A DNA stretch of 63,323 bases, counting the filler, from Octopus bimaculoides (lineage: Eukaryota), in NCBI RefSeq assembly GCF_001194135.2. It is 3 parts of 3 records of this genome, joined end to end, with 100 filler letters (N's around TTAATTAATTAA, not from the genome) between each part and the next. Parts side by side here need not be neighbours in the genome. Positions count along the whole stretch, not along the records: positions 1 to 29,792 come from NC_068995.1; 2 more parts are not named here. One strand, given 5' to 3'. Below are positions 12,424-26,089 of the stretch, in pieces. A model generated the notes under the pieces. It was not told the DNA's origin. It saw nothing but the letters and a program-made list of their open reading frames with translations, and searched no databases. The position numbers and the translations under genes were made by a program. How positions within the stretch are numbered: position 1 is the first letter of the stretch; each line of letters begins with the position of its first letter.

Positions 12424-12934
12424 CTAGGACAGCAGTTTCAGTCAGTCATGCCTGTATATATGTCTGTATATTTATATGTAATTTACAGCTAGTTTTGCTG
12501 TCTTTTCACTTCTCTACAACATTTCATAAATAATTACCCAATTTTTTACTCTCCATTCTCTTTGCCAAACCTAAATTACACATCTTGGTTTCAAGTGAAC
12601 GAACTCTAATAACAATCTCATCCTCTCTCTGACTTTTATATATGTAGCAGAAATACATAGCAAAACAGAGTTATTTCCCCTATACTATTTTCAAATTTTA
12701 TCCTTACACCCATACCAGATTTTGCTTTCCTAATAATTTTCCCACATTTTATTCATATTTATGAAGTCTTCACCCACCCACCCACACATACACACATTTA
12801 TTAGGAAGTTAAAAGTTATAGCTGGTCATAGAGTGGCAATTGGTTTTGCACCTATAAAATGGTTAGCAGTACAGGCGACTCATTAGACTAAAATGGCTTT
12901 AAGCTTTACTAAGAAACTTAGTGGTTCTTTTATC

Positions 12935-13122
12935 TTTTCCAGTCTTCAGACTGTGGCCATCCTGAAAGAATTTTAATCGAACAAATCGCCACCAGTTCTT
13001 TCTTTTTTGTGTCTGGTACTTTTTTTTATTGGCCTCTTTTACCGAACCACTAAGTTACGTGAATGTAAACACACCAACACCAGTTATCAAGCGGTGGTGG
13101 GGGACAAACACTACACAAAACT

Positions 13123-13125
<3 letters not shown>
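12935..13125 (-). mobile_element. SINE family A tail
   Basis: Reverse complement of the family A 3' part (accgaaccactaagttacgtgaatgtaaacacaccaacaccagttatcaagcggtggtgggga). Confidence 0.7.
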
Positions 13126-13160
<35 letters not shown>

Positions 13161-13417
13161 NNNNNNNNNNNNNNNNNNNNNNNNNNNNNNNNNNNNNNNN
13201 NNNNNNNNNNNNNNNNNNNNNNNNNNNNNNNNNNNNNNNNNNNNNNNNNNNNNNNNNNNNNNNNNNNNNNNNNNNNNNNNNNNNNNNNNNNNNNNNNNNN
13301 NNNNNNNNNNNNNNNNNNNNNNNNNNNNNNNNNNNNNNNNNNNNNNNNNNNNNNNNNNNNNNNNNNNNAGTATAAAACTCTAAATGGAGTGCAGCTTTAA
13401 GCTAATATATATATATG

Positions 13418-13448
<31 letters not shown>

Positions 13449-13449
13449 C

Positions 13450-13650
13450 TTTGTATCTGTGTTTGTCCCTGAACCAATGCTTGACAACCGATGCTGGTTT
13501 GTTTACATCCCTGTAAATCACCAGTTCGGCATGAATGATAGAATAAGTACCAGGCTTACAAAACGTCCTTGGTCAATTTCTTTGACTAAAAACCCTTTAA
13601 GGCAGTGCTCCAGCATGGCTGCAGTCAAATGACTGAAACAAATAAAAGAA
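13450..13650 (+). mobile_element. SINE family A tail
   Basis: gcttgacaaccgatgctggtttgtttac..taaggcagtgctccagcatggctgcagtcaaatgactgaaacaaataaaaga. Confidence 0.85.
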
Positions 13651-13654
13651 TATG

Positions 13655-13692
<38 letters not shown>

Positions 13693-14499
13693 TATTTGCA
13701 CATATATCCATATATGAATATCTACCTATATGTATGCATATCTAAAATTCTGCAATGCCTTGATTATCGATGTTGATGGAGACTGAAGAACTTACTGATA
13801 ATAGGAAACAGCCAGCTATTGTCACATGTTTACATGGTACCTCTGTGATGTCTATCTGTCTAGTCTCTGGGATTTCTGCTTATCAGTCTAGCTAACATAT
13901 TTATCAATTGATCCATTATCAATATAGTTCAGTATTTATTTACTTCCTGTTTATTTAACTCTTATCTTCCCAACCATATAGCACTATTATAAAAGAATAA
14001 GCACTAAAAAATCTCTCTGTTAAATGACTAATGCCAACTAAATATTCTAAAATGAATGTAGGACATAATACATCTTATTCTATCAAAAACAGAAGCCAAT
14101 TCTTTACTGTCTGAATGGTCCAAGAAAATTGCAGTGCCTTAGCAAAATATCATATATAAAAGTGAATGTATGTATGTTTTATGTTATTGGCTACAGTTTT
14201 ATATATAGGTATCTGAAATGTTACATAGGAGCACATAGTTTTCAGGAGGTCAAAGATGATGTCCTTTTGTGATAATTTCTAAAATAAGAATACCTTGGAT
14301 ACAACAATTCTGAGTAAACCAACTGAAGAATGTCAAAATATTTTAAAATTTATCAAAAGTAACGTGAGTTCAAGTGAGTGTATCTATTTTGAGTAATTAT
14401 TAATTAACAAACCTGGGCAAGGGAAAGCCAAGGATTATTGCTAGTATTAGATACTTTCAGTTCTGAATAATGAGGACTGAATTGGAAAACACATATGAA

Positions 14500-14710
14500 T
14501 TTCAAATTTTGGCACAAGGCTAGCAATTTCGGGGAAGTAGGTAAGTTGATTACATTGACCCCAGTACTTATCTGGTACTTATTTTATTGACCCCCAAAAG
14601 GACAAAAGGTAAATTCGACCTCATTGGAATTTGAATTGAGAATGTGAAGACGGATGAAATGCTGCTAAGCATGCTAATGATTCAGCCAGCTTGCGGCCTT
14701 GTATTGGAAA
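14500..14710 (-). mobile_element. SINE family B
   Basis: ttttggcacaaggctagcaatttcgggg..gacccc..ggaatttgaattgagaatgtgaagacgg..gccagcttgcggcctt. Confidence 0.8.
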
Positions 14711-15918
14711 AAACACATTAATCATCCATAATCTAAGATTTAAAAACATAAAAAGTATGTTCTGATGGAAAGCATTTGTTATAGCTGTTTATTATGCATT
14801 GTTTTACTCATGTTTTATGTCAACGAAGATAAATTCAAAGATCCCAGAATAATTATACTTCCTACCCAACAAAGTATCTGCATTATAATTTTCTTTGCTG
14901 CTTTTTCAAGCACTGGTTGGTGCAGAAAACAAAAATTGTTTACATAGATCACTAATATCATTTGCATAAAACACAATAGTCAAATTGGAGTTTAATGTAT
15001 TTATTTTGATATATGAACATCAAAATACTAACTACAAATAATCATGCAGTTATGTAAAAACAATATTACTCAATGACCAACATTTTCTGTTTTTCAGTGA
15101 ATAAGGGAGACAATAACAGACATGTTTCCATGTTATTATGACTTCCAGAAGGAAACAAGTAGGACTCTAAATAAATTCAGTCATCAATGCCAACCAGAGT
15201 AAATTCTTGTACATCTGTTCTCTCATCACCATTCCAGTAAGTAAAAGACTAGAAAAATAGTTTAATCTTAGAGAAAAACAAACAAAATGTAGGATGGGGG
15301 TGGAGGAAGACAGCAAGAAAGAAAGGAGAGTGTGTGTGGGGGATGGATATATATAGCCCACCTTTCTCTAATCTCAGTCCTATATTATTAAGTCTGTGAG
15401 GGCAAACATTCTCAGCTTGACCATATACATTCCACTGATATTCCTGTTTATTCCACTCTTCCTTGGCTACACAACAACATCTTTAAGACGCTACAACAGT
15501 TGACAAACAATTTTAAATAACTTAACCAAGAGGAACAAAATTAGATGAAAACTAGGAATAAATTACCATTTCCAGCCTAGACAAAAGGACAAATAATGGA
15601 CAATAAAGGTTCTTTAGCTGGGTCTTTAGTTACCTACAGGATACATTTCAACAATGCACTTTTAGTCAAATTTACCAACACAAAACACACACACACACAC
15701 ACAAAATCAGCAGCCTCTTGATGCCATCTCTTCCACTAGTTGTCTCAAATTTAACAACAATAAAAAGTTACTATTAAAAAGATTAACATTTCTATAATTC
15801 TAAATATCAGGGGGAATATGAATATATGTATGTGTGTGTGTGTGTGCTTGTGTTTGTGTGTGTGTGTGTGTGTGCAAACTAATATACATACACATGCATG
15901 AAAATATATATATTTATA

Positions 15919-16150
15919 CAATTGCAGTGTGGAAGGTGTTTATAAGCCATTTAAAATAACACAAAAACCGTTAGATTCACTTCAACATTTAAATTTAATT
16001 TGTCAAAATATTTTCATCGCTTTGAGACCGCGACCTTTTCACTGACAAAATTTATTTTAAATGGCTTATAAACACCTTCCACGCTGCAATTGCTTTCGTT
16101 CCAGCACACGATCTCAGATCAGGTCACTTGCTATGCAAGTACATCTCCGT
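15919..16150 (-). mobile_element. Short repeat in (TA)n with a 40-bp inverted duplication and a hammerhead-like fold (Penelope-like terminus)
   Basis: Arms 15919-15958 and 16053-16092 are reverse complements with 1 mismatch; the fold lies at 15999-16049. Confidence 0.7.
15999..16049 (-). ncRNA. Hammerhead-architecture motif with non-canonical core GUGAAAA
   Basis: UUUGUCA-GUGAAAA-G-GUCGC-(9 nt)-GCGAU-GAAA-AUAUUU-UGACAAA: 7-bp stem I, 5-bp stem II, palindromic AAUAUU helix III. Confidence 0.45.
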
Positions 16151-17275
16151 AATATATATATATATATATATATATAAATCAAAAAGCAATTCACAAACAG
16201 TCTTGACTTCAGGTTGACCAGAAGACCCTGGGTAGCTGAATTTAACAAGACTTGTAGTTTTTATTATTATATTATATATATAAACATATACACACATACA
16301 CACACACACATACATATCAACCTCCTCCTCCTTGCCATCATGTTAATATATATATAACTTAGGAGAGCAGTGGATCTCAACTCCATCCATACCTTAATTT
16401 ATTATCCTACACAACTCACCCCATCACCTCTCTACTTTGTACTGCATGTCTTTCACACTAATCTCTGACATTACTCATCTTCTGCTTTCTCCTTCAGTAT
16501 TACCTCCAACACTAATATTCCCTCCATTACTCGCCTCATCCCCATCCTCTCACAACAATGAACCCACATCTTCTATTGTGCTTTAACTTCTGTTCTTTCA
16601 CTTTGCAAGCTGTAAGGCAACCTCACAAGTACTGGTGCCATGTAAAAAAAAACATCTAGTAGACTCTATAAATCACTGGTAAACTGGAATGAGCAGCAAC
16701 AATGTAGGGTTTGAGAGGGCACTTTTCAGTTTTGTTGAAGGCGAGACAGCAGATATGGTGTTAAGTGTTAAGGTCAGAGATATTGGAGTAAGACGTAATC
16801 CTCTGACCCTTTGGATCCTGTCAAATTATCCAACTCATGCCAGCATAGAATATAGACCTAAAAGGATGATGATCATCATGATCATCATCATCATCATCAT
16901 CTGACAGATAGACAGACATGTATGTGATGTGTATATGTTTTGCATTTTGCAACAAAATTCAGAAGAATTGTTTCTATTTGCGATGTTGGCTTTTATGTTT
17001 CTTAACTCCAATATCTCCCACAGTCTCATATCTCCAAATTTGCCATATAAAACTGTCAATACAAACAGTGGTGCAGTATTTGGTAGCAGAAGGACTTGTA
17101 TTATCTTTGACTGACCTTAAAAGAAAACCATGATATTCAATTATCCTACACCAGTATTTCTACCCACCCCTGACACATATACACATGTAAGATTTGTTGT
17201 TTGTCTTTAGCCTCAGATCTATCTTGACCAAGCAGACTTATGATGAAAAGCATTTGATTAATCAACAATACAGAG

Positions 17276-17582
17276 CAGTCATTCTCAACCATTTTTTTTT
17301 ATCTATGGACCCCTTTGATTACTATTTTATCCTGTGGACCTCCATAGCCAATCAATGTTCAGAAATGTGTTCTATAGATACTTCTTTCAAAATTCCTATT
17401 TTGTTTATCATTAATTCCGAGAGAAAGAAACATCAAAGTTTCTTGCTATAAATACTTCTCAAACAAAACTTCTTCATGGACCTATAAAATATTATGGACC
17501 CAGCATACTATTTTGCTTGTATGTTCCCCAAGGGGTCATGTGGACTCCCAGGAGTCATATGGACCCTAGTTGAGAACCACTG
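17276..17582. mobile_element. hAT/Charlie-type MITE
   Basis: Termini cagtcattctcaacc and agttgagaaccactg are near-inverted; six internal (a/g)tggac(c/t) motifs; no clear 8-bp TSD. Confidence 0.75.
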
Positions 17583-17827
17583 ACATAGTGGCTTCTTTGA
17601 TAGCTGAATTTGCATTATGGTGAGGGAAACTCTGGCGATCAAGATGATGATTCTTTTAATTATGCAGAAAAATGATGATTATAGTCACATGTTTCAGTCT
17701 TTATTTATTTACTTTATTTTCTTTTCATCACAATGGAATAGAAAGTTAATAAAATGAATCCTGGGGAGTAGTTGCAGTAATGTAACTACAAAGCAGGCTG
17801 ATTGCATTATTGTTTTCAGTTGTCACC

Positions 17828-17984
17828 AGGTGTGGCTGTGTGAAAAGAAGCTTGCTTCCTAACCACATGGTTCTAGGTTCAATCCCATTGCATGGCACCT
17901 TGGGCAAGTGTCTTCTACAATAGCTTCAGGCTGACCAAAGCTTTGTGAGAGGATTTGATAGATGACAATTAAAAGAAACCCATC

Positions 17985-18058
<74 letters not shown>

Positions 18059-18078
18059 GTCTGTCCACCTACCTACCT

Positions 18079-18136
<58 letters not shown>

Positions 18137-18440
18137 GTAATTAACAGATGATACTGAGAGAATCTCTATATAGAAAACACTTAGTAGCACTTAAAAGCTT
18201 TGAACTTACACTCCAAAACCTATATCAAGGACAGAGTCAGTGGGGTAAAGAGTGGCTGTAAGAGGAACCAAAGTGAGCAGATATGGAGGGAGTGATGCAA
18301 ATAACCAGATGAAACTCCTTGGGTTTAATATGCAGAATATATATATACATGTATACACGTATATATATTCTGTATATCAAACATGCTCCAGCATGGCCGC
18401 TATCTAATAACTGAAACAAGTAAAAGATAAAAGAATAGGT
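17828..18440 (+). mobile_element. SINE family A with expanded internal (TCTA)n(CA)n(TA)n
   Basis: Head at 17828-17975; tail end tgctccagcatggccgc..aactgaaacaagtaaaaga near 18385-18435. Confidence 0.7.
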
Positions 18441-19134
18441 CTGCAATTTTTAACTCCAATAATTTTTCAGCAATTTCCTTTACCCTTATAATTGTTTCTG
18501 ACATACAAGACCAGAAACTGGTTGGTGGAGGNNNNNNNNNNTCATGGAGTGGCCAGGTCTATTAAATTGATCCCTGAGTACATGCCTAGGAAAGCATAGG
18601 AATTATACACTGCAAAGTATTTATTGATTACCCTACCACCACCGCCGCTGCCGCTGCAGCCACCGCCACCCCACCCCCACCACTATCTCTACAACTACTA
18701 CTACTACTACTGTTGCTGCTGCTGCCACTGCTGCTGCTGATTTTTATAATAATGACATAAATAATTCAAGTAGAATTTGAACAAAATACCAAAAAGTGAA
18801 AGTATATCAAATTGCCTCTCTGTTGTCAATCTTAAGACAATGGTAACAATAACAACAACAGCAACAAAAGCTAAACAGAAGATTGCAAGCTTTCAAAATG
18901 CTTGCACAAATATTTTGGCCTAAAAACATGCCAGTATGAACTTGGCACTAAAACAATTTGCAATGATATATATACAAGGGATGTCCTGCAGTGGTTATGT
19001 AGGACTCAAGGGTCAATACCATTGTTTTTTTCCAAAGTCAACATTGTATTCAACCCTATGGGTATGGACAAGATTTTGGCCAGGGCTACTCTCACTTATT
19101 AAGAGTGGATCCACCATTAATCATTTAACTAGTG

Positions 19135-19430
19135 AACATCATCATCATCATCATCATCATCATTTAGAATCCATTTTCCATGCTAGCATGGGTAAGATGG
19201 TTTGAGTGGAGTCAGGAAGCTGAAGAGCTACACTGGGCTTCAGTGTTTTGGTGCCTGATTTCTGTGGCTGGATACCCTTATTAATGCCAACCATTGCACA
19301 GAGTGTACTGGGTGTCTTTTATGCATCACCAGCCAAGGTGTGTTTTACATGTCACTGGCACAGTTGCCTCCAATGTATCACCGGCACAAGTGCCTTTCAC
19401 ATGCCACCAGCATAGGCCACAACTACAATT
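19135..19430 (-). mobile_element. SINE family C
   Basis: (cat)n, ttttccatgctagcatggg, and aatgccaaccattgcacagagtgtactggg. Confidence 0.7.
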
Positions 19431-21130
19431 TCACAATAAATATTAGATAGAAATAATAGTTTCATGGAGTTGAGGTTGAATTGTCCAAACCTGTTGAAAC
19501 CCTCTTGTTATGGGATGAGGTTAGGGGTGAACCCCACAGTCTCTGAAATTAATAGTAAAGTTAACCCCTTAACTGGATGTGATCTTAGAAACCACACACA
19601 ATGGCAACTCACACTTAGAGTTGACTTTTTACAAATCAAAATCAAATAGATTGAGTCCAAAATCAATAGATTAAAAAATCTTGTGATGATGATAACTATC
19701 AACACTTTCCTATGATGTCTGGCAAAACAAAAAAAAATTTTTTATTTTCTATTGTCATATTCTGTTATTAATGAAATAAAACTAGAAGTTAAGCAGTTAT
19801 AATGTACAATTATGCTCATTTATGAAAGAGTAAAAACAGCCAACGAAAAGCAAGTTGAAAATGAAAATAAGCTAGTCATTGTACTATTGTTATTATGTCA
19901 AAAATAATGGGAAATCAGGAAATTAAGAATCTAGTTTGTATAGAAACACACTCACTTACACACACATATGTGTCCACTCATTTGCACATAATAAGTAGGG
20001 AAAATATGGTTTGTATTTGAAACAAGTTATTTCAGTACAAATTTGATGCTAAGATAAATGGAATAAAATAGTAAAAAAATGAAATGTAATAATAAAACAT
20101 GGACAGAAGCAAAAAAGAAAAAAAAACAATATTAAAGAGAAAAAATAAAAATATAAAGAAACTTTTTAAACAAAATTATTAACCAATAACAACTGCAAGG
20201 TTAAAATACTAAATAACTAACCACAGGATAATGAATATAACACTCACTAAAGCCGATGTGGTGTTGCTGTTGTTTTTTCAGCCTTAGGCCAGCTCTGATT
20301 GGCATTACGACGTTCACTAATACTAGTATAAAAATTATAAACAGATAAAATCGACTTATACCCATGAATAAATATCTACTGCATTTGCATCTAGAGTTGG
20401 TAGCAAGGGCTGCAACCTACAAGTGAGTCACTGGGATGTTCTTTATGGGCCTCAGACCTTTTCTAAACATTTTTTGGATTCAATGTTTTTGTGGTCCACT
20501 AAGCAATTAGAACTAAAGAGATAGGTGGGGATATTTTTACATGTAAGAAATAACATACAGGAAAGCCAAAGGAAAATGCAAAATAAATCAAAAGTGGGCC
20601 ACTACTGATCTCTGGTTTAAATTTTCCTCCAAAATGGCTCACTCTAGATATCTCTGTTTTTGCTTATTGTTTCCACTAAACACTAATGAAAACTCAAAAA
20701 TTAGATTCTTCTTAACATTAAATCTGTTTTCTATTATTCATCTACTAACAAATTATTCCACCTTTTTTAAAATTATTTTCAGCAATTATATTTATATTTT
20801 ACTAAATATGTGACCATACCAATTAATTCTCAATTTTTCAATAATACATAAGCAAATATGATATACACACACTACATATAAGACCCCCTTTGGTCATGAG
20901 ATTGTACCTAGAAAGTTACCCTGCAAGGCAGAAGTCTGGGCAAGGTTGTTTATGGAAGACCAGCAGTCACCCAGGCATTACGTCGTTTTATCTAAACTGG
21001 AATGTATATCTTCCACATTCATATTTGAATTTTTTACGTTTCAATAATTTTCTTTGTTTTTATTCATTCTCGAATTTGATGGGCAAGACAGCTGACACAA
21101 AAGATCTCTAGTGCGATTTTTTTTATTGAT

Positions 21131-21175
21131 GTACCTGAAGAAACCTAGAACGACGGGTCAAAACATACGTTGTAC
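21131..21175 (+). ncRNA. Degenerate hammerhead motif in a short repeat end
   Basis: GUAC-CUGAAGA-AACC-(10 nt)-GGUC-AAAAC-AUAC-GUU-GUAC; G12 reads A and the first stem II pair is broken. Confidence 0.5.
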
Positions 21176-21372
21176 CTAATAAAAGTCTGACATGAAATCC
21201 ATCTCCTACTTTTATTAATAATGTTACCCTAACTGCCACTATGAAATTCCTGAAGTAAATCTATGGATGACAACCGGTAGCCTAAACCAGGCCAGTGCTC
21301 TACTCCACCTTTAATCTAATTATACATATTTGTATAATTTTTCTATTATTATACACACACACACACACACAC

Positions 21373-21435
<63 letters not shown>

Positions 21436-21639
21436 NNNNNNNNNNNNNNNNNNNNNNNNNNNNNNNNNNNNNNNNNNNNNNNNNNNNNNNNNNNNNNNNN
21501 NNNNNNNNNNNNNNNNNNNNNNNNNNNNNNNNNNNNNNNNNNNNNNNNNNNNNNNNNNNNNNNNNNNNNNNNNNNNNNNNNNNNNNNNNNNNNNNNNNNN
21601 NNNNNNNNNNNNNNNNNNNNNNNNNTACAAAGAGTAAGT

Positions 21640-21730
21640 CCTGAGCTCAATTTCTTCGACTAAAAGCCTTTAAGGCAGTGCTCCAGCATGGCTGCTGTCA
21701 AATGACTGAAACAAGTAAAAGAATAAAAGA
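21640..21730 (+). mobile_element. SINE family A 3' end
   Basis: taaggcagtgctccagcatggctgctgtcaaatgactgaaacaagtaaaagaataaaag. Confidence 0.8.
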
Positions 21731-23524
21731 ATATATCTGCCTGCCTGCCTGCCTGTCTATCTGTCTATCTATCTGTCTATCTATCTATTTACCTATCTAT
21801 CTGTCTATCCATCCATGACTGCTTGAAGCTTACAAGTTTCCTACACTTGGATCCCTGGATCTTACCCCTATATATTGATTGATATATATATGGACAAGGT
21901 AGTTGGACATTGATGTGTTAAACATGTGATCTAACAAAATCCTATTGTAGTAAGATTTTTGTTCAATAAAATCGGAAAACCAGGAATTACAAGGTGAAGA
22001 AATAATGATAATGATGATGATGATAATAATAATAATAATAATAAGTAAATAGAAAACAAAATTACAACAGAATCTTGGGAAGTAGAAAGTGATATAAATG
22101 GAAGCAGACACAAGAAACCAATTCCATTAGCTTTAAAAAAACGTACCTCACATCTCCATCAGCTTTTAAGAAGCACTGCATCAGTATTGTAGTTATTATT
22201 ATAGATAGTAACAGCGTTAAAAGGGTGGTGCTTTTAGATGCGATGATAAATCTGTGATTGTGGTCGGTGGTAGTGGTGGCAGTAATAGTAGTGATGGTGG
22301 CAGTGGAGTTGGGATAATGATGTTCTTGCTGGTAGTGACGACCTGTTAGTACTTGTGATGGTAGGCAATGGTGGTGCTATTTAACTTCAGGTCAACTCTC
22401 TGAATTTAAGTCTCATCATCAAAAGCTTCCCAGCTATGACTATCCTGTCTTTTTTTTGTGGTATTTTATTCAATATGTTCTTTTCTTATTGGAGATGATA
22501 AGATATGATTTGAGGGAGATTTAGGTCACTATTTCTCAGATGTCAAGTGACTCCAAAGAAGCTCTCTTGCTGTTTGTGATAATAGTGTTGTTGGTGTTGG
22601 TGTTGGTTTACTATGGTTGACAGCCAATCAAGAATCTAGGAGCATCCTATCAACAATATTATAGCCCCAATATTCCATACTCTGGTGCCTAGACCGGATA
22701 TGGTAAACCTATGACATTTATGTCAGCAGTGACATGGCAAGAGTATTTAGATGACATGCAATAGAATTTGAAAATAATTTTGCTCTGTAACACCATGTTA
22801 TAAACAACCTATCTTATAAGTATTTACCCACAACTAAAATACATGTAAATGACACTTCAATAATAGGATTATTAAAAAAATTAAAATTTTGATATTCTGA
22901 GTTAAGAAGGTTGGCTATCACTAACCTAGACCTCTTTACACATTCTATTATGGAATAGTTAGCTGTTTAGTATGAAGAGCACAGCATTGTGCTCTTTAAC
23001 TTGTGATGTTACCTTGCCAAAGGTGCTGTGTTGTGAGACTGAACCCAGAACCGTGTGGTTGGGAAGGATGCTAATTCTTTTAACAGTCTGATATGAAAAT
23101 AAAACCAAATTAAATAGTGCAAACCTAAATCTTTGTACCACGTACAATAGAATAATGTTAATTCATTCCCATAGACAGAACCCTTCATCAAAGAACTCAA
23201 AATGTGCCATTTCATTAAAAGCTTTAAATTGAGAAGTACTTATTAATATACAAATTAAAATAACTGAAGTGTTAATTGATATAAAGTCAATGTAGCCTAC
23301 TTTTGTGTGAAACGATGTATGAGCTAAGTTTAATGTGTATATATAAACAAAAGACATATTTTACAGTTGGAAGGACATTATTGATTGAACTGATATCAGT
23401 GTTTTACAAGTATTCTTAGTATGCTGAAGGGTAAAAGGATTTTAACTAGTAAACTGTATACTGAATGAGTTAACTTGTCTGTCTTCTGAATAGAGATTGA
23501 TTTGAAATGATACCTGATTTCTTC

Positions 23525-23830
23525 TTCATTGTCATTGTTGTTGTTGTCATTTAACATCCTATCTCCATGCTGGCATGGATTGGATGGTTTGGCAGCAGCT
23601 GGGCAGCTGAAGGGCTGCCCAGGTACCATTTTGTCTGTTTTGGCATGGTTTGTATGGCTGGATGCTGTTCCTAACACCAACCACTTTACAGAGTGTACTG
23701 GGTGCTTTTACATGGCACTGGCACTTTTACATGGAACCTGCATGGTTGCTTTAATGTGGCACCAGCATGGGTACATTTATGTAGCACTGGCATGGGTACT
23801 TTTATGTGGTACCAGCACCCACAGGCTTGC
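23525..23830 (-). mobile_element. SINE family C
   Basis: ctccatgctggcatggattggatgg..ggctggatgctgttcctaacaccaaccactttacagagtgtactggg. Confidence 0.75.
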
Positions 23831-23904
23831 AAAACTAGAATGTCTCAGCTGATTTGTGAAGTGAATTATACATGTAACATTGTCAATATAAGAGATTCCC
23901 AGAC

Positions 23905-24545
23905 AGGATTGTTAAAGTGATGGACAAAATGCTTTGTAGCATTTAGATATGATTCTTTATATTCTGAGTTCAAATTCTGCTGAGGTCAACTTTACTTTTC
24001 ATCCTTCTAGGTTAATAAAATAAAGTACCAGTCAATTGTAGGGGTCAGTGTTGCCAAATAACCCCTCCCCTCAGAATTGCTGGCCTTGAGCATAAATCAA
24101 AGAAATAATTTAGGTCTGGTAAGCTGGCAGAATTGTTAAAAAATTGGAAAATATCTTGTGGTATTTGTTCCAGCTTTTCATATTCTGAATTCAAATTCCA
24201 CCATTAACTTTGCCTTTCATCCTTTCAGCATTGATAAAATAAGAGCCAGACAAGCACTGAGATTGATGTAATTGATGGTTAACCTCCTTCCATTTAAATG
24301 GCTGGCCTTATGTCCAAATTTGAAGGAAAATGGAAGAAGATGGTTAGCAGAAACATTATTATGCTGGACAAAATGCTTAGTGACATTTCTTCTGGCTTCA
24401 CGTTCTGAGTTCAAATTCCACCAAGACTGACTTTGCCCTTTATCATTTTGGGGTCAATAAAATATAGTACTTGTTGAACATTGAGGGTCAATACAGTTCA
24501 CTAGTCCCCTCCTTACAAAATCTCAGGTATTGTGCCTGTAGTAGA
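23905..24545 (+). mobile_element. Three head-to-tail SINE family B copies, CpG-decayed
   Basis: Three recurrences of ttctga(g/a)ttcaaatt..ctttgcc(t)ttcatcc..gccttgtg at about 215-bp spacing. Confidence 0.75.
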
Positions 24546-24949
24546 TAGAATTATTATCATTATTGTAAAGACAGTTGGATACAGGATACAGAAATAGCAG
24601 CATAATCTGACCCTGAAAATGACAGAAGTTTTAACAAAAAGTAAATCATATACCCTATAACACCCCATCCCACCCCCTCTTTACAGTAAATTTACCATTT
24701 TCCGCAACAACGACTCAAGGGGACTTATTGAGTAGTGATTTAATATCTTATTTATTCAGCTGTTGTTGAGTTCATTATCAGTATGACCTTAAAGGGTCAT
24801 CACTTAAAAAGTTCACACTCTCTCTCCACCTATAACTGGGGGTAACCAGGATTCTCCTACAGCAAGACACCGGTTTCTATTCCTCATATTCTAATAACTC
24901 ATCATCTGGCACAAAGCCACCTCCTCCAATACTCACCCTCTCTCTCTAA

Positions 24950-25260
24950 GGATCTGTGTCTTGCATGTTACTTGGTGACCTTGCTGGTACCAGTGTCATA
25001 TAAAAAGCACCCAATACACCATGTAAAGGTTGGTGTTAAGAAGAGCATCCAGCTGTGAAAACGGATCACAGCAGTGCTGGTGCCACATAAAAAGTATCCA
25101 GCCAACTCTGTAAAGTGGATGGCGTTAGGAAGGACATCCACTCATGAAAACCATGTTCTACAGACAGTGGAGCTTGCCAGCTCTTGTCAAACTGTTCAAC
25201 CCATGCCAACATGGAAAACGGATGTTAAATGATGATGATGATGATAATGATGATGATGAA
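24950..25260 (+). mobile_element. SINE family C
   Basis: ggtgttaagaagagcatccagctgtg..aacccatgccaacatggaaaacggatgttaaat(gat)n. Confidence 0.75.
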
Positions 25261-25544
25261 TGGAGTACTGAACCAAATGTCTTACAAGATTTAATTCCAG
25301 TTTTCTATGTTCTGATTTCAAAACCCACTTGGACGAACTTTGCTTTCCATTTCTCTACAGCAATATAATCAATACTTGTGCTATACTGGTGTTGATTTAA
25401 TCTAACATCCTCTTTAGACATACGTATTCTAAAGTCTAGAAAGTATATCAAAGTAAAAGTAACTTAGACAATCTAATTTGTTTTTGAAATGGTGGATCTC
25501 AAAGTAAATAAAGCTATAAGTAACAGCAGGCTTCAAATTCGTTC

Positions 25545-25750
25545 CAAATTTTGGCACAAAGCCATCAATTTCGGTGAGAGGATGTAAGTCAATTACATTA
25601 ACCCCAGTGCGTAACTGGTACTTATTTTACCAACTCTGAAAGGATGAAAGGCAAAGTTGACCTCGGTGGAATTTGAACTCAGAGTGTAAAGACAGATGAA
25701 ATGTTGCTAAGCATTTTTCCCTGCATGCTAATGATTCTCCCAGCTCAACA
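25545..25750 (-). mobile_element. SINE family B
   Basis: ttttggcacaa..aactggtacttatttt..ggatgaaaggcaaagttgacctcggtggaatttgaactcag. Confidence 0.8.
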
Positions 25751-26089
25751 CTTTACAGCATGTAAATATTGGGTTAAAAAACTCTTGAGATAGAAAAAGT
25801 AAAAAACTACCCTTGGGACATTAACAAATCTTAAATGCTTTTATTTATAGCTTTATCTACTTCAAGATCCACTATTTCAAAAACAATTTATTTCTGACCT
25901 ATTGAAGCTTTTCAAGTCAATTACATAAAACAATATGTTTGAATTACAACTCAATAGATTAGAAGGCTATCATGGGTTATTACATTTTAAATTGAAATAC
26001 TGAGTAATTTCAGGAACAATATTCCTGTTGTAAACATTAACACTTTATCATTCAAATTACTGTGGCAAATGTAATGCTTATTTATTCAC

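Noticed and set aside
14294-14363. Plus-strand exon NTLDTTILSKPTEECQNILKFIKSN with GTGAGT donor
   Set aside because: The only in-frame acceptor is purine-rich, and the good upstream acceptor gives stops in all frames.
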